Below are positions 1 through 15,000 of a stretch of DNA of 64,000 bases, piece after piece. The stretch covers positions 226,548,001-226,612,000 of the forward strand of contig OZ024742.1 of assembly GCA_964016885.1 (NCBI GenBank), given 5' to 3'. Below the pieces are notes generated by a model. The model was not told the DNA's origin. It saw nothing but the letters and a program-made list of their open reading frames with translations, and searched no databases. The translations under genes were made by a program, and so were the position numbers. The DNA comes from Eledone cirrhosa (taxonomy: Eukaryota). Numbering within the stretch: the stretch's first letter is position 1; each line of letters begins with the position of its first letter.

Positions 1-3000
1 TGCTGTAGTTGGTGGTGGTGTTAGTACTGTTACAGTAGGTGGTGTTACTGCTGGAGTTGGTGGTGGTGTTAGTACTGTTACAGTAGTTGGTGTTACTGCT
101 GTAGTTGGTGGTGGTGTTAGTACTGTTACAGTAGTTGGTGTTACTGCTGTAGTTGGTGGTGGTGTTAGTACTGTTACAGTAGGTGGTGTTACTGCTGTAG
201 TTGGTAGTGGTGTTAGTACTGTTACAGTAGTTGGTGTTACTGCTGTAGTTGGTGGAGGTGTTAGTACTGTTACAGTAGGTGGTGTTACTGCTGTAGTTGG
301 TGGTGGTGTTAGTACTGTTACAGTAGCTGGTGATACTGCTGTAGTTGGTGGAGGTGTTAGTACTGTTACAGTAGGTGGTGTTACTGCTGTAGTTGGTGGT
401 GGTGTTAGTACTGTTACAGTAGTTGGTGTTACTGCTGTAGTTGGTGGCGGTGTTAGTACTGTTACAGTAGGTGGTGTTACTGCTGTAGTTGGTGGTGGTG
501 TTAGTACTGTGACAGCAGGTGGTGTTACTGCTGTAGTTGGTGGTGGTGTTAGTACTGTTACAGTAGGTGGTGTTACTGCTGGAGTTGGTAGTGGTGTTAG
601 TACTGTTACAGTAGTTGGTGTTACTGCTGTAGTTTGTGGTGGTGTTAGTACTGTTACAGTAGTTGGTGTAACTGCTGTAGTTGGTGGTGGTGTTAGTGCT
701 GTTACAGTAGGTGGTGTTACTGCTGTAGTTGGTGGTGGTGTTACTGCTGTAGTTGGTGGTGGTGTTAGTACTGTTACAGTAGTTGGTGTTACTGCTGTAG
801 TTGGTGGTGGTGTTAGTACTGTGACAGTAGGTGGAGTTACTGCTGTAGTTGGTAGTGGTGTTAGTACTGTTACAGTAGGTGGTGTTACTGCTGTAGTTGG
901 TAGAGGTTTTAGTACTGTTACAGTAGGTGGTGTTACTGCTGTAGTTGGTGGTGGTGTTAATACTGTTACAGTAGTTGGTGTTACTGCTGTAGTTGGTGGT
1001 GGTGTTAGTACTGTTACAGTAGGTGCTGTTATTGCTGTAGTTGGTGGTGGTGTTAGTACTGTTACAGTAGGTAGTGTTACTGCTGTAGTTAGTGCTGGTA
1101 TTAGTACTGTTACAGAAGGTGGTGTTACTGCCCTAGTTGGTAGTGGTGTTAGTACTGTTACAGTAGTTGGTGTTACTGCTGTAGTTGGTAGTGGTGTTAG
1201 TTAGTTACAGTAGGTGGTGTTACTGCTGTAGTTGGTTGTGGTGTTAGTACTGTTACAGAAGGTGGTGTTACTGCTGTAGTTTGTAGTGGTGTTAGTACTG
1301 TTACAGTAGGGGGTGTTACTGCTGTAGTTCGTGGTGGTGTTAGTACTGTTACAGTAGGTGGTGTTACTGCTGTAGTTGGTGGTGGTGTTAGTACTGTTAC
1401 TGGAGGTGGTGTTCCTGCTCTAGTTGGTGGGTGTGTTAGTACTGTTACAGTAGTTGGTGTTACTGCTGTAGTTGGTGGTGGTGTTACTACTGTTACAGTA
1501 GGTGGTGTTACTGCTGTAGTTGGTGGTGGTGTTAGTACTGTTACAATAGGTGGTGTTACTGCTGTAGTTGGTGGTGGTGTTAGTACTGTTACAGTAGGTG
1601 GTGTTACTGCTGTAGTTGGTGGTGGTGTTAGTACTGTTACAATAGGTGGTGTTACTGCTGTAGTTGGTGGTGGTGTTAATACTGTTACAGTAGGTGGTGT
1701 TACTGCTGTAGTTGGTGGTGGTGTTAGTACTGTTATAGTAGGTGGTGTTACTGCTGTAGTTGGTGGTGGTGTTAGTACTGTTATAGTAGGTGGTGTTACT
1801 GCTGTAGTTGGTGGTGGTGTTAGTACTGTTATAGTAGGTGGTGTTACTGCTGTAGTTGGTGGTGGTGTTAGTACTGTTACAGTAGGTGGTGTTACTGCTG
1901 TAGTTGGTGGTGGTGTTAGTACTGTTATAGTAGGTGGTGTTACTGCTGTAGTTGGTAGTGGTGTTAGTACTGTTACAGTAGGTGGTGTTACTGCTGTAGT
2001 TGGTGGAGGTCTTAGTACTGTTAGAGTAGGTGGTGTTACTGCTGTAGTTGGTGGTGGTGTTAGTACTGTTACAGTAGGTGGTGCTACTGCTGTAGTTGGT
2101 GGTGGTATTAGTACTGTTACAGTAGGTGGTGTTACTGCTGTAGTTGGTGGTGGTATTAGTACTGTTACAGTAGGTGGTGTTACTGCTGTAGTTGGTGGAG
2201 GTGTTAGTACTGTTACAGTAGGTGGTGTTACTGCTGTAGTTGGTGGTGGTGTTAGTACTGTTACAGTAGGTGGTGTTACTGCTGTAGTTGGTGGAGGTGT
2301 TAATTTGTACTGTTACAGTAGGTGGTGATACTGCTGTAGTTGGTGGTGGTGTTAGTACTGTTACAGTAGGTGGTGTTACTGCTGTAGTTGTTAGTGGTGT
2401 TAGTACTGTTACAGTAGTTGGTGTTACTGCTGTAGTTGGTAGTGGTGTTAGTACTGTTACAGTAGGTGGTGTTACTGCTGTAGTTGTTAGTGGTGTTAGT
2501 ACTGTTACAGTAGTTGGTGTTACTGCTGTAGTTGGTGGTGGTGTTAGTACTGTTACAGTAGGTGGTGTTACTTCTGTATTTGGTGGTGGTGTTAGTACTG
2601 TTACAGTAGGTGGTGTTACTGCTGTAGTTGGTGGTCGTGTTAGTACTGTTACAGTAGGTGGTGTTACTGCTGTATTTGGTGGTGGTGTTACTACTGTTAC
2701 AGTAGGTGGTGTTACTGCTGTATTTGGTAGTGGTGTTAGTACTGTTACACTAGGTGGTGTTACTGCTGTAGTTGGTGGTGTTAGTACTGTTACAGTAGGT
2801 GGTGTTACTGCTTTAGTTGGTGGTGGTGTTAGTACTGTTACAGAAGGTGGTGTTACTGCTCTAGTTGGTAGTGGTGTTAGTACTGTTACAGTAGTTGGTG
2901 TTACTGCTGTAGTTGGTAGTGGTGTTAGTTAGTTACAGTAGGTGGTGTTACTGCTGTAGTTGGTTGTGGTGTTAGTACTGTTACAGAAGGTGGTGTTACT

Positions 3001-6000
3001 GCTGTAGTTTGTAGTGGTGTTAGTACTGTTACAGTAGGTGGTGTTACTGCTGTAGTTTGTGGTGGTGTTAGTACTGTTACAGTAGGTGGTGTTACTGCTG
3101 TAGTTGGTGGTGGTGTTAGTACTGTTACAGTAGGTGGTGTTCCTGCTCTAGTTGGTGGGTGTGTTAGTACTGTTACAGTAGGTGGTGTTACTGCTGTAGT
3201 TGGTGGTGGTGTTAGTACTGTTACAGTAGGTGGTGTTACTGCTGTAGTTGGTGGTGGTGTTAGTACTGTTATAGTAGGTGGTGTTACTGCTGTAGTTGGT
3301 GGTGGTGTTAGTACTGTTATAGTAGGTGGTGTTACTGCTGTAGTTGGTGGTGGTGTTAGTACTGTTACAGTAGGTGGTGTTACTGAGGTAGTTGGTGGTG
3401 GTGTTAGTACTGTTATAGTAGGTGGTGTTACTGCTGTAGTTGGTAGTGGTGTTAGTACTGTTACAGTAGGTGGTGTTACTGCTGTAGTTGGTGGTGGTGT
3501 TAGTACTGTTACAGTATGGTGGTGTTACTGCTGTAGTTGGTGGAGGTGTTAGTACTGTTACAGTAGGTGGTGTTACTGCTGTAGTTGGTGTTGGTGTTAG
3601 TACTGTTACAGGAGTTGGTGTTACTGCTGTAGTTGGTGGTGGTGTTAGTACTGTTATAGTAGGTGGTGTTACTGCTGTAGTTGGTGGTGGTGTTATTACT
3701 GTTACAGTAGGTGGTGTTACTGCTGTAGTTGGTGGTGGTGTTAGTACTGTTATAGTAGGTGGTGTTACTGCTGTAGTTGGTGGTGGTGTTAGTACTGTTA
3801 TAGTAGGTGGTGTTACTGCTGTAGTTGGTGGTGGTGTTAGTACTGTTACAGTAGGTGGTGTTACTGCTGTAGTTGGTGGTGGTGTTAGTACTGTTATAGT
3901 AGGTGGTGTTACTGCTGTAGTTGGTAGTGGTGTTAGTACTGTTACAGTAGGTGGTGTTACTGCTGTAGTTGGTGGTGGTGTTAGTACTGTTACAGTAGGT
4001 GGTGTTACTGCTGTAGTTGGTAGTGGTGTTAGTTAGTTACAGTAGGTGGTGTTACTGCTGTATTTGGTGGAGGTGTTAGTACTGTTACAGTAGTTGGTGT
4101 TACTGCTGTAGTTGGTGGAGGTGTTAGTACTGTTAAAGTAGTTGGTGTTACTGCTGTAGTTGGTGGTGGTGTTAGTACTGTTACAGTAGGTGGTGTTACT
4201 GCTGTATTTGGTGGTGGTGTTACTACTGTTACAGTAGGTGGTGTTACTGCTGTAGTTGCTAGTGGTGTTAGTACTGTTACAGTAGGTGGTGTTACTGCTG
4301 TAGTTGGTCGTGGTGTTAGTACTGTTACAGTAGGTGGTGTTACTGCTGTAGTTGGTGGTGGTGTTAGTACTGTTACAGTAGGTGGTGTTACTGCTGTAGT
4401 TGGTGGTGGTGTTAGTACTGTTACAGTAGGTGGTGTTACTGCTGTAGTTGGTGGTGGTGTTAGTACTGTTACAGTAGGTGGTGTTACTGCTGGAGTTGGT
4501 GGAGGTGTTAGTACTGTTACAGTAGGTGGTGTTACTGCTGTAGTTGGTGGAGGTGTTAGTACTGTTACAGTAGGTGGTGTTACTGCTGTAGTTGGTGGTG
4601 GTGGTAGTACTGTTACAGTAGGTGGTGTTACTGCTGGAGTTGGTGGAGGTGTTAGTACTGTTACAGTAGGTGGTGTTACTGCTGTAGTTGGTGGAGGTGT
4701 TAGTACTGTTACAGTAGGTGGTGTTACTGCTGTAGTTGGTGGTGGTGTTAGTACTGTTATAGTAGGTGGTGTTACTGCTGTAGTTGGTGGTGGTGTTAGT
4801 ACTGTTACAGTAGGTGGTGTTACTGCTGTAGTTGGTGGTGGTGTTAGTACTGTTATAGTAGGTGGTATTACAGCTGTAGTTGGTAGTGGTGTTAGTACTG
4901 TTACAGTAGGTGGTGTTACTGCTGTAGTTGCTAGTGGTGTTAGTACTGTTACAGTAGGTGGTGTTACTGCTGTAGTTGGTGGTGGTGTTAGTACTGTTAC
5001 AGTAGGTGGTGTTACTGCTGTATTTGGTAGTGGTGTTACTACTGTTACAGTAGGTGGTGTTACTGCTGTAGTTGCTAGTGGTGTTAGTACTGTTACAGTA
5101 GGTGGTGTTACTGCTGTAGTTGGTGGTGGTGTTAGTACTGTTACAGTAGGTGGTGTTACTGCTGTAGTTGGTGGTGGTGTTAGTACTGTTACAGTAGGTG
5201 GTGTTACTGCTGTAGTTGGTGGTGGTGTTAGTACTGTTACAGTAGGTGGTGTTACTGCTGTAGTTGGTTGTGGTGTTAGTACTGTTACGGTAGGTGGTGT
5301 TACTGCTGTAGTTGGTGGTGGTGTTAGTACTGTTACAGTAGGTGGTGTTACTGCTGTAGTTGGTGGTGGTGTTAGTACTGTTACAGTAGGAGGTGTTACT
5401 GCTGTAGTTGGTGGTGGTGTTAGTACTGTTACAGTAGGTGGTGTTACTGCTGTAGTTGGTGGTGGTGTTAGTACTGTTACAGTAGGTGGTATTACTGCTG
5501 TAGTTGGTGGTGGTGTTAGTACTGTTACAGTAGGTGGTGTTACTGCTGGAGTTGGTGGAGGTGTTAGTACTGTTACAGTAGGTGGTGTTACTGCTGTAGT
5601 TGGTGGAGGTGTTAGTACTGTTACAGTAGGTGGTGTTACTGCTGTAGTTGGTGGTGGTGTTAGTACTGTTACAGTAGGTGGTGTTACTGCTGGAGTTGGT
5701 GGAGGTGTTAGTACTGTTACAGTAGGTGGTGTTACTGCTGTAGTTGGTGGAGGTGTTAGTACTGTTACAGTAGGTGTTGTTACTGCTGTAGTTGGTGGCG
5801 GTGTTAGTACTGTTATAATAGGTGGTGTTACTGCTGTAGTTGGTAGTGGTGTTAGTACTGTTACAGTAGGTGGTGTTACTGCTGTGGTTGGTGGTGGTGT
5901 TAGTACTGTTATAGTAGGTGGTGTTACTGCTGTAGTTGGTGGTGGTGTTAGTACTGTTATAGTAGGTGGTGTTACTGCTGTAGTTGGTAGTGGTGTTAGT

Positions 6001-9000
6001 ACTGTTACAGTAGGTAGTGTTACTGCTGTAGTTGGTAGTGGTGTTAGAACTGTTACAGTAGGTGGTGTTACTGCTGTAGTTGGTGGAGGTCTTAGTACTG
6101 TTAGAGTAGGTGGTGTTACTGCTGTAGTTGGTGGTGGTGTTAGTACTGTTACAGTAGGTGGTGCTACTGCTGTAGTTGGTGGTGGTATTAGTACTGTTAC
6201 AGTAGGTGGTGTTACTGCTGTAGTTGGTGGTGGTATTAGTACTGTTACAGTAGGTGGTGTTACTGCTGTAGTTGGTGGAGGTGTTAGTACTGTTACAGTA
6301 GGTGGTGTTACTGCTGTAGTTGGTGGTGGTGTTAGTACTGTTACAGTAGGTGGTGTTACTGCTGTAGTTGGTGGAGGTGTTAATTTGTACTGTTACAGTA
6401 GGTGGTGATACTGCTGTAGTTGGTGGTGGTGTTAGTACTGTTACAGTAGGTGGTGTTACTGCTGTAGTTGGTAGTGGTGTTAGTACTGTTACAGTAGGTG
6501 GTGTTACTGCTGTAGTTGGTAGTGGTGTTAGTACTGTTACAGTAGGTGGTGTTACTGCTGTAGTTGGTGGTGGTGTTAGTACTGTTACAGTAGGTGGTGT
6601 TACTGCTGTAGTTGTTAGTGGTGTTAGTACTGTTACAGTAGTTGGTGTTACTGCTGTAGTTGGTAGTGGTGTTAGTACTGTTACAGTAGGTGGTGTTACT
6701 GCTGTAGTTGTTAGTGGTGTTAGTACTGTTACAGTAGTTGGTGTTACTGCTGTAGTTGGTGGTGGTGTTAGTACTGTTACAGTAGGTGGTGTTACTGCTG
6801 TATTTGGTGGTGGTGTTAGTACTGTTACAGTAGGTGGTGTTACTGCTGTAGTTGGTGGTCGTGTTAGTACTGTTACAGTAGGTGGTGTTACTGCTGTATT
6901 TGGTGGTGGTGTTACTACTGTTACAGTAGGTGGTGTTACTGCTGTATTTGGTAGTGGTGTTAGTACTGTTACAGTAGGTGGTGTTACTGCTGTAGTTGGT
7001 GGCGTTAGTACTGTTACAGTAGGTGGTGTTACTGCTTTAGTTGGTGGTGGTGTTAGTACTGTTACAGAAGGTGGTGTTACTGCTCTAGTTGGTAGTGGTG
7101 TTAGTACTGTTACAGTAGTTGGTGTTACTGCTGTAGTTGGTAGTGGTGTTAGTTAGTTACAGTAGGTGGTGTTACTGCTGTAGTTGGTTGTGGTGTTAGT
7201 ACTGTTACAGAAGGTGGTGTTACTGCTGTAGTTTGTAGTGGTGTTAGTACTGTTACAGTAGGTGGTGTTACTGCTGTAGTTTGTGGTGGTGTTAGTACTG
7301 TTACAGTAGGTGGTGTTACTGCTGTAGTTGGTGGTGGTGTTAGTACTGTTACAGTAGGTGGTGTTCCTGCTCTAGTTGGTGGGTGTGTTAGTACTGTTAC
7401 AGTAGGTGGTGTTACTGCTGTAGTTGGTGGTGGTGTTAGTACTGTTACAGTAGGTGGTGTTACTGCTGTAGTTGGTGGTGGTGTTAGTACTGTTATAGTA
7501 GGTGGTGTTACTGCTGTAGTTGGTGGTGGTGTTAGTACTGTTATAGTAGGTGGTGTTACTGCTGTAGTTGGTGGTGGTGTTAGTACTGTTACAGTAGGTG
7601 GTGTTACTGAGGTAGTTGGTGGTGGTGTTAGTACTGTTATAGTAGGTGGTGTTACTGCTGTAGTTGGTAGTGGTGTTAGTACTGTTACAGTAGGTGGTGT
7701 TACTGCTGTAGTTGGTGGTGGTGTTAGTACTGTTACAGTATGGTGGTGTTACTGCTGTAGTTGGTGGAGGTGTTAGTACTGTTACAGTAGGTGGTGTTAC
7801 TGCTGTAGTTGGTGTTGGTGTTAGTACTGTTACAGGAGTTGGTGTTACTGCTGTAGTTGGTGGTGGTGTTAGTACTGTTATAGTAGGTGGTGTTACTGCT
7901 GTAGTTGGTGGTGGTGTTATTACTGTTACAGTAGGTGGTGTTACTGCTGTAGTTGGTGGTGGTGTTAGTACTGTTATAGTAGGTGGTGTTACTGCTGTAG
8001 TTGGTGGTGGTGTTAGTACTGTTATAGTAGGTGGTGTTACTGCTGTAGTTGGTGGTGGTGTTAGTACTGTTACAGTAGGTGGTGTTACTGCTGTAGTTGG
8101 TGGTGGTGTTAGTACTGTTATAGTAGGTGGTGTTACTGCTGTAGTTGGTAGTGGTGTTAGTACTGTTACAGTAGGTGGTGTTACTGCTGTAGTTGGTGGT
8201 GGTGTTAGTACTGTTACAGTAGGTGGTGTTACTGCTGTAGTTGGTAGTGGTGTTAGTTAGTTACAGTAGGTGGTGTTACTGCTGTATTTGGTGGAGGTGT
8301 TAGTACTGTTACAGTAGTTGGTGTTACTGCTGTAGTTGGTGGAGGTGTTAGTACTGTTACAGTAGTTGGTGTTACTGCTGTAGTTGCTAGTGGTGTTAGT
8401 ACTGTTACAGTAGGTGGTGTTACTGCTGTATTTGGTGGTGGTGTTACTACTGTTACAGTAGGTGGTGTTACTGCTGTAGTTGCTAGTGGTGTTAGTACTG
8501 TTACAGTAGGTGGTGTTACTGCTGTAGTTGGTCGTGGTGTTAGTACTGTTACAGTAGGTGGTGTTACTGCTGTAGTTGGTGGTGGTGTTAGTACTGTTAC
8601 AGTAGGTGGTGTTACTGCTGTAGTTGGTGGTGGTGTTAGTACTGTTACAGTAGGTGGTGTTACTGCTGTAGTTGGTGGTGGTGTTAGTACTGTTACAGTA
8701 GGTGGTGTTACTGCTGGAGTTGGTGGAGGTGTTAGTACTGTTACAGTAGGTGGTGTTACTGCTGTAGTTGGTGGAGGTGTTAGTACTGTTACAGTAGGTG
8801 GTGTTACTGCTGTAGTAGGTGGTGGTGGTAGTACTGTTACAGTAGGTGGTGTTACTGCTGGAGTTGGTGGAGGTGTTAGTACTGTTACAGTAGGTGGTGT
8901 TACTGCTGTAGTTGGTGGAGGTGTTAGTACTGTTACAGTAGGTGGTGTTACTGCTGTAGTTGGTGGTGGTGTTAGTACTGTTATAGTAGGTGGTGTTACT

Positions 9001-12000
9001 GCTGTAGTTGGTGGTGGTGTTAGTACTGTTACAGTAGGTGGTGTTACTGCTGTAGTTGGTGGTGGTGTTAGTACTGTTATAGTAGGTGGTATTACAGCTA
9101 TAGTTGGTAGTGGTGTTAGTACTGTTACAGTAGGTGGTGTTACTGCTGTAGTTGCTAGTGGTGTTAGTACTGTTACAGTAGGTGGTGTTACTGCTGTAGT
9201 TGGTGGTGGTGTTAGTACTGTTACAGTAGGTGGTGTTACTGCTGTATTTGGTGGTGGTGTTACTACTGTTACAGTAGGTGGTGTTACTGCTGTAGTTGCT
9301 AGTGGTGTTAGTACTGTTACAGTAGGTGGTGTTACTGCTGTAGTTGGTGGTGGTGTTAGTACTGTTACAGTAGGTGGTGTTACTGCTGTAGTTGGTGGTG
9401 GTGTTAGTACTGTTACAGTAGGTGGTGTTACTGCTGTAGTTGGTGGTGGTGTTAGTACTGTTACAGTAGGTGGTGTTACTGCTGTAGTTGGTTGTGGTGT
9501 TAGTACTGTTACGGTAGGTGGTGTTACTGCTGTAGTTGGTGGTGGTGTTAGTACTGTTACAGTAGGTAGTGTTACTGCTGTAGTTGGTGGTGGCGTTAGT
9601 ACTGTTACAGTAGGAGGTGTTACTGCTGTAGTTGGTGGTGGTGTTAGTACTGTTACAGTAGGTGGTGTTACTGCTGTAGTTGGTGGTGGTGTTAGTACTG
9701 TTACAGTAGGTGGTATTACTGCTGTAGTTGGTGGTGGTGTTAGTACTGTTACAGTAGGTGGTGTTACTGCTGGAGTTGGTGGAGGTGTTAGTACTGTTAC
9801 AGTAGGTGGTGTTACTGCTGTAGTTGGTGGAGGTGTTAGTACTGTTACAGTAGGTGGTGTTACTGCTGTAGTTGGTGGTGGTGTTAGTACTGTTACAGTA
9901 GGTGGTGTTACTGCTGGAGTTGGTGGAGGTGTTAGTACTGTTACAGTAGGTGGTGTTACTGCTGTAGTTGGTGGAGGTGTTAGTACTGTTACAGTAGGTG
10001 TTGTTACTGCTGTAGTTGGTGGCGGTGTTAGTACTGTTATAATAGGTGGTGTTACTGCTGTAGTTGGTAGTGGTGTTAGTACTGTTACAGTAGGTGGTGT
10101 TACTGCTGTGGTTGGTGGTGGTGTTAGTACTGTTATAGTAGGTGGTGTTACTGCTGTAGTTGGTGGTGGTGTTAGTACTGTTATAGTAGGTGGTGTTACT
10201 GCTGTAGTTGGTAGTGGTGTTAGTACTGTTACAGTAGGTAGTGTTACTGCTGTAGTTGGTAGTGGTGTTAGAACTGTTACAGTAGGTGGTGTTACTGCTG
10301 TAGTTGGTAGTGGTGTTAGTACTGTTACAGTAGGTGGTGTTACTGCTGTAGTTGGTAGTGGTGTTAGTACTGTTACAGTAGTTGGTGTTACTGCTGTAGT
10401 TGGTGGTGTTGTTAGTACTGTTACAGTAGTTGGTGTTACTGCTGTAGTTGGTGGTGGTGTTAGTACTGTTACAGTAGGTGGTGTTACTGCTGTAGTTGGT
10501 AGTGGTGTTAGTACTGTTACAGTAGTTGGTGTTACTGCTGTAGTTGGTGGATGTGTTAGTACTGTTACAGTAGGTGGTGTTACTGCTGTAGTTGGTGGTG
10601 GTGTTAGTACTGTTACAGTAGCTGGTGATACTGCTGTAGTTGGTGGAGGTGTTAGTACTGTTACAGTAGGTGGTGTTACTGCTGTAGTTGGTGGTGGTGT
10701 TAGTACTGTTACAGTAGTTGGTGTTACTGCTGTAGTTGGTGGCGGTGTTAGTACTGTTACAGTAGGTGGTGTTACTGCTGGAGTTGGTAGTGGTGTTAGT
10801 ACTGTTATAGTAGGTGGTGTTACTGCTGTAGTTGGTGGTGGTGTTAGTACTGTTACAGTAGTTGGTGTTACTGCTGTAGTTGGTGGTGGTGTTAGTACTG
10901 TGACAGCAGGTGGTGTTACTGCTGTAGTTGGTGGTGGTGTTAGTACTGTTACAGTAGGTGGTGTTACTGCTGGAGTTGGTAGTGGTGTTAGTACTGTTAC
11001 AGTAGTTGGTGTTACTGCTGTAGTTGGTGGTGGTGTTAGTACTGTTACAGTAGTTGGTGTAACTGCTGTAGTTGGTGGTGGTGTTAGTGCTGTTACAGTA
11101 GGTGGTGTTACTGCTGTAGTTGGTGGTGGTGTTACTGCTGTAGTTGGTGGTGGTGTTAGTGCTGTTACAGTAGTTGGTGTTACTGCTGTAGTTGGTGGTG
11201 GTGTTAGTACTGTGACAGTAGGTGGAGTTACTGCTGTAGTTGGTAGTGGTGTTAGTACTGTTAGAGTAGGTGGTGTTACTGCTGTAGTTGATAGAGGTTT
11301 TAGTACTGTTACAGTAGGTGGTGTTACTGCTGTAGTTGGTGGTGGTGTTAATACTGTTACAGTAGTTGGTGTTACTGCTGTAGTTGGTGGTGGTGTTAGT
11401 ACTGTTACAGTAGGTGCTGTTATTGCTGTAGTTGGTGGTGGTGTTAGTACTGTTACAGTAGGTAGTGTTACTGCTGTAGTTAGTGGTGGTATTAGTACTG
11501 TTACAGAAGGTGGTGTTACTGCCCTAGTTGGTAGTGGTGTTAGTACTGTTACAGTAGTTGGTGTTACTGCTGTAGTTGGTAGTGGTGTTAGTTAGTTACA
11601 GTAGGTGGTGTTACTGCTGTAGTTGGTTGTGGTGTTAGTACTGTTACAGAAGGTGGTGTTACTGCTGTAGTTTGTAGTGGTGTTAGTACTGTTACAGTAG
11701 GGGGTGTTACTGCTGTAGTTCGTGGTGGTGTTAGTACTGTTACAGTAGGTGGTGTTACTGCTGTAGTTGGTGGTGGTGTTAGTACTGTTACTGGAGGTGG
11801 TGTTCCTGCTCTAGTTGGTGGGTGTGTTAGTACTGTTACAGTAGTTGGTGTTACTGCTGTAGTTGGTGGTGGTGTTACTACTGTTACAGTAGGTGGTGTT
11901 ACTGCTGTAGTTGGTGGTGGTGTTAGTACTGTTACAATAGGTGGTGTTACTGCTGTAGTTGGTGGTGGTGTTAGTACTGTTACAGTAGGTGGTGTTACTG

Positions 12001-15000
12001 CTGTAGTTGGTGGTGGTGTTAGTACTGTTACAATAGGTGGTGTTACTGCTGTAGTTGGTGGTGGTGTTAGTACTGTTACAGTAGGTGGTGTTACTGCTGT
12101 AGTTGGTGGTTGTGTTAGTACTGTTATAGTAGGTGGTGTTACTGCTGTAGTTGGTGGTGGTGTTAGTACTGTTATAGTAGGTGGTGTTACTGCTGTAGTT
12201 GGTGGTGGTGTTAGTACTGTTATAGTAGGTGGTGTTACTGCTGTAGTTGGTGGTGGTGTTAGTACTGTTACAGTAGGTGGTGTTACTGCTGTAGTTGGTG
12301 GTGGTGTTAGTACTGTTATAGTAGGTGGTGTTACTGCTGTAGTTGGTAGTGGTGTTAGTACTGTTACAGTAGGTGGTGTTACTGCTGTAGTTGGTGGAGG
12401 TCTTAGTACTGTTAGAGTAGGTGGTGTTACTGCTGTAGTTGGTGGTGGTGTTAGTACTGTTACAGTAGGTGGTGTTACTGCTGTAGTTGGTGGTGGTATT
12501 AGTACTGTTACAGTAGGTGGTGTTACTGCTGTAGTTGGTGGTGGTATTAGTACTGTTACAGTAGGTGGTGTTACTGCTGTAGTTGGTGGAGGTGTTAGTA
12601 CTGTTACAGTAGGTGGTGTTACTGCTGTAGTTGGTGGTGGTGTTAGTACTGTTACAGTAGGTGGTGTTACTGCTGTAGTTGGTGGAGGTGTTAATTTGTA
12701 CTGTTACAGTAGGTGGTGATACTGCTGTAGTTGGTGGTGGTGTTAGTACTGTTACAGTAGGTGGTGTTACTGCTGTAGTTGGTAGTGGTGTTAGTACTGT
12801 TACAGTAGGTGGTGTTACTGCTGTAGTTGGTAGTGGTGTTAGTACTGTTACAGTAGGTGGTGTTACTGCTGTAGTTGGTGGTGGTGTTAGTACTGTTACA
12901 GTAGGTGGTGTTACTGCTGTAGTTGTTAGTGGTGTTAGTACTGTTACAGTAGTTGGTGTTACTGCTGTAGTTGGTGGAGGTGTTAGTACTGTTACAGTAG
13001 TTGGTGTTACTGCTGTAGTTGGTGGTGGTGTTAGTACTGTTACAGTAGGTGGTGTTACTGCTGTATTTGGTGGTGGTGTTAGTACTGTTACAGTAGGTGG
13101 TGTTACTGCTGTAGTTGGTGGTGGTGTTAGTACTGTTACAGTAGGTGGTGTTACTGCTGTATTTGGTGGTGGTGTTACTACTGTTACAGTAGGTGGTGTT
13201 ACTGCTGTAGTTGGTAGTGGTGTTAGTACTGTTACAGTAGGTGGTGTTACTGCTGTAGTTGGTGGTGTTAGTACTGTTACAGTAGGTGGTGTTACTGCTG
13301 TAGTTGGTGGTGGTGTTAGTACTGTTACAGAAGGTGGTGTTACTGCTCTAGTTGGTAGTGGTGTTAGTACTGTTACAGTAGTTGGTGTTACTGCTGTAGT
13401 TGGTAGTGGTGTTAGTTAGTTACAGTAGGTGGTGTTACTGCTGTAGTTGGTTGTGGTGTTAGTACTGTTACAGAAGGTGGTGTTACTGCTGTAGTTTGTA
13501 GTGGTGTTAGTACTGTTACAGTAGGTGGTGTTACTGCTGTAGTTTGTGGTGGTGTTAGTACTGTTACAGTAGGTGGTGTTACTGCTGTAGTTGGTGGTGG
13601 TGTTAGTACTGTTACAGTAGGTGGTGTTCCTGCTCTAGTTGGTGGGTGTGTTAGTACTGTTACAGTAGGTGGTGTTACTGCTGTAGTTGGTGGTGGTGTT
13701 AGTACTGTTACAGTAGATGGTGTTACTGCTGTAGTTGGTGGTGGTGTTAGTACTGTTATAGTAGGTGGTGTTACTGCTGTAGTTGGTGGTGGTGTTAGTA
13801 CTGTTATAGTAGGTGGTGTTACTGCTGTAGTTGGTGGTGGTGTTAGTACTGTTACAGTAGGTGGTGTTACTGAGGTAGTTGGTGGTGGTGTTAGTACTGT
13901 TATAGTAGGTGGTGTTACTGCTGTAGTTGGTAGTGGTGTTAGTACTGTTACAGTAGGTGGTGTTACTGCTGGAGTTTGTGGAGGTGTTAGTACTGTTACA
14001 GTATGTGGTGTTACTGCTGTAGTTGGTGGTGGTGTTAGTACTGTTACAGTATGGTGGTGTTACTGCTGTAGTTGGTGGAGGTGTTAGTACTGTTACAGTA
14101 GGTGGTGTTACTGCTGTAGTTGGTGTTGGTGTTAGTACTGTTACAGGAGTTGGTGTTACTGCTGTAGTTGGTGGTGGTGTTATTACTGTTACAGTAGGTG
14201 GTGTTACTGCTGTAGTTGGTGGTGGTGTTAGTACTGTTACAGTAGGTGGTGTTACTGCTGGAGTTGGTGGAGGTGTTAGTACTGTTACAGTAGGTGGTGT
14301 TACTGCTGTAGTTGGTGGAGGTGTTAGTACTGTTACAGTAGGTGGTGTTACTGCTGTAGTTGGTGGTGGTGTTAGTACTGTTACAGTAGGTGGTGTTACT
14401 GCTGGAGTTGGTGGAGGTGTTAGTACTGTTACAGTAGGTGGTGTTACTGCTGTAGTTGGTGGAGGTGTTAGTACTGTTACAGTAGGTGTTGTTACTGCTG
14501 TAGTTGGTGGCGGTGTTAGTACTGTTATAATAGGTGGTGTTACTGCTGTAGTTGGTAGTGGTGTTAGTACTGTTACAGTAGGTGGTGTTACTGCTGTGGT
14601 TGGTGGTGGTGTTAGTACTGTTATAGTAGGTGGTGTTACTGCTGTAGTTGGTGGTGGTGTTAGTACTGTTATAGTAGGTGGTGTTACTGCTGTAGTTGGT
14701 AGTGGTGTTAGTACTGTTACAGTAGGTAGTGTTACTGCTGTAGTTGGTAGTGGTGTTAGAACTGTTACAGTAGGTGGTGTTACTGCTGTAGTTGGTAGTG
14801 GTGTTAGTACTGTTACAGTAGGTGGTGTTACTGCTGTAGTTGGTAGTGGTGTTAGTACTGTTACAGTAGTTGGTGTTACTGCTGTAGTTGGTGGTGTTGT
14901 TAGTACTGTTACAGTAGTTGGTGTTACTGCTGTAGTTGGTGGTGGTGTTAGTACTGTTACAGTAGGTGGTGTTACTGCTGTAGTTGGTAGTGGTGTTAGT